Source: Candidatus Heimdallarchaeota archaeon (GTDB taxonomy: Archaea; Asgardarchaeota; Heimdallarchaeia; Heimdallarchaeales; Heimdallarchaeaceae). Taken from it: 64,000 nt of DNA. A program made the translations under genes and the position numbers. Shown here piece after piece: positions 62,731 to 64,000 of the stretch; the stretch's first letter is position 1, and each line of letters begins with the position of its first letter. The notes under the pieces were generated by a model. It was not told the DNA's origin. It made no database searches and saw only the letters and a program-made list of their open reading frames with translations. Location: NCBI GenBank assembly GCA_021399345.1, contig JAAFKI010000175.1, forward strand, positions 35,233 through 99,232, given 5' to 3'.

Positions 62731-63561
62731 TTATGATTCTTTTTCCTCTGCCAATGTTGATTCAAGAGTCTTTTTGAATTCGTCGATTTTTGCGAGAATT
62801 AACTCACCAGATTTTGTTAATGTTGTTGAAGGATCTAAACCCCCATTAGTTTCAAAGGAAAAAATGACTTTTGTAGAATCTTTGCCGATTGTTATTGCAT
62901 TTGGTTCGCAAACTTCAAGACAGTAATCACACAAAGTGCAATTTAAAGGATTAGCAATTTGAACTTTATCACCAGTCTTTTGGTAAACGCCTCTATAACA
63001 TGCATCTATACATGCTAAACAATTAGTACATTTTTCCTTATCTATAGTTGGGATTGGAAATGCCTGGTAACCCATGGCAGAGACAGGTTGCCATTTTGCA
63101 TGTTCTTTTCCTTTGCCAAGTTGTGCCATACACTCTAGTTCCAGAGCTTGATTTGGTCCCAATTTTACAATTGGAATCACAGAACTTATAGGTTCAACTC
63201 CAGCCTGAGTTGAAATTAAATCCGAACTATAAACAACAGTAGATGTTTGAGCATCTGTTTCTTTTGAGAGTGTTAATGTCACAGTGCATAAATTACAACC
63301 AATCCCTCCACAATCACATTCATCTCTGAAGTTTAACTCCAGAGCATCAATGTCGAATTTTAAAGGAATTAATCCCAATCTGTGGGCTATGAACTCATCA
63401 AAAAGAGGTGATGTGTTTTTCAAAACATATACATCTTCAATAGTCAATGATGGCACTTCAGCTAATGCTGTTCTTCTAATTGCGTTAGCAAACGCTAATG
63501 TCACATCTGACAATATGAATTTTATTGAATTAGGAAATAACTCTATAAGTTCTATATCCAT
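62731..63561 (-). CDS. rpoD: RNA polymerase subunit D (Rpo3) with Zn motif and ferredoxin-like domain
   Basis: FANAIRR, NTSPLFDEFIAHRLGLIP, CDC...CNLC, G.GKEHAKW.P, two CxxCxxCxxxC motifs. Confidence 0.97.
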   Translation of the reverse strand: MDIELIELFPNSIKFILSDVTLAFANAIRRTALAEVPSLTIEDVYVLKNTSPLFDEFIAHRLGLIPLKFDIDALELNFRDECDCGGIGCNLCTVTLTLSKETDAQTSTVVYSSDLISTQAGVEPISSVIPIVKLGPNQALELECMAQLGKGKEHAKWQPVSAMGYQAFPIPTIDKEKCTNCLACIDACYRGVYQKTGDKVQIANPLNCTLCDYCLEVCEPNAITIGKDSTKVIFSFETNGGLDPSTTLTKSGELILAKIDEFKKTLESTLAEEKES

Positions 63562-63722
63562 AGACGCACCCGGCAAAGGATTCTATATCCGACCCAATGA
63601 TGATACTAAAAAAGGTTTTCCATCTTCAAGTTATTTAAACATCAACCGAAAGCATTTGAAAAAGTACTCAAGGATGTTTAAAATCATTTTGTGGAGTTTA
63701 AATATCAGCTTTTATACAAATA

Positions 63723-63908
63723 ATGAGAATTATGTTAATGTTATTACAAGGGATAAAGGAATTGCTTTTCAAGAAGAAAAGAGGAGGACCTATACTAGAA
63801 GAAATTCTATTGATAGGTGTAGCCATATTGATTTTTGCTATAATCTTTGGAATCATAATGAGTTTAATAGACTGGTCTCAAGTTTCTTTTGAAAATCTAT
63901 TTGGTTAA
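63723..63908 (+). CDS. small Flp/type IV pilin-like protein with class III signal peptide
   Basis: KKKRG|GPILE (Glu at +5) followed by about 22 hydrophobic residues. Confidence 0.6.
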   Translation: MRIMLMLLQGIKELLFKKKRGGPILEEILLIGVAILIFAIIFGIIMSLIDWSQVSFENLFG

Positions 63909-63917
63909 AATAAAAGC

Positions 63918-64000
63918 TGGTGCGGAGAGGGAGATTCGAACTCCCGGACCACTAAGGACTAGATCCTCATTCTAGCGCCTTTGACCACTCGGCAATCTCC
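63918..64000 (-). tRNA. tRNA-Leu(GAG), 5' end truncated by the window edge
   Basis: Anticodon arm CTAGA-ATGAGGA-TCTAG, long variable arm, encoded CCA. Confidence 0.92.

Overview
This is an AT-rich archaeal chromosomal segment, very probably from an Asgard archaeon (Heimdallarchaeia-like). The basis is archaeal information-processing genes together with a Rab-like GTPase, a PAC4-like proteasome chaperone and bacterial-type GlyA/FolD. Most of the window is housekeeping: rpoB, rpoA1/A2, rpoD, nusA, about 11 ribosomal proteins, eIF5A, Nob1, Nog1, RtcA, TrpRS, PPDK, an ADP-dependent sugar kinase and four tRNAs, one with a canonical BHB intron. The usual archaeal RNAP/ribosomal superoperons are broken up and scrambled. 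The strongest discovery candidate is at the left edge: a 514-aa TnpB-like protein with the rearranged RuvC-II seen in Fanzors (Gly at the canonical Glu site, alternative Glu before the Zn finger), followed by about 370 nt of nested, highly pairable non-coding sequence that looks like a long downstream omegaRNA. The second candidate is a compact operon (SDR, SDR, divergent GcvPA/GcvPB, COG3199 kinase-like) whose P-protein motifs differ from those of glycine decarboxylase. Other items: a divergent pair of apparently degenerate enzymes (one needing a CTG start), a degenerate SF2 helicase where rpoH usually sits, a CAT tRNA with an A54/A60 T-loop, a structured uL3 leader, a Flp-like mini-pilin and a frameshifted Cys-nucleophile hydrolase. 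All calls come from motif recognition by eye; no database searches or folding programs were run.
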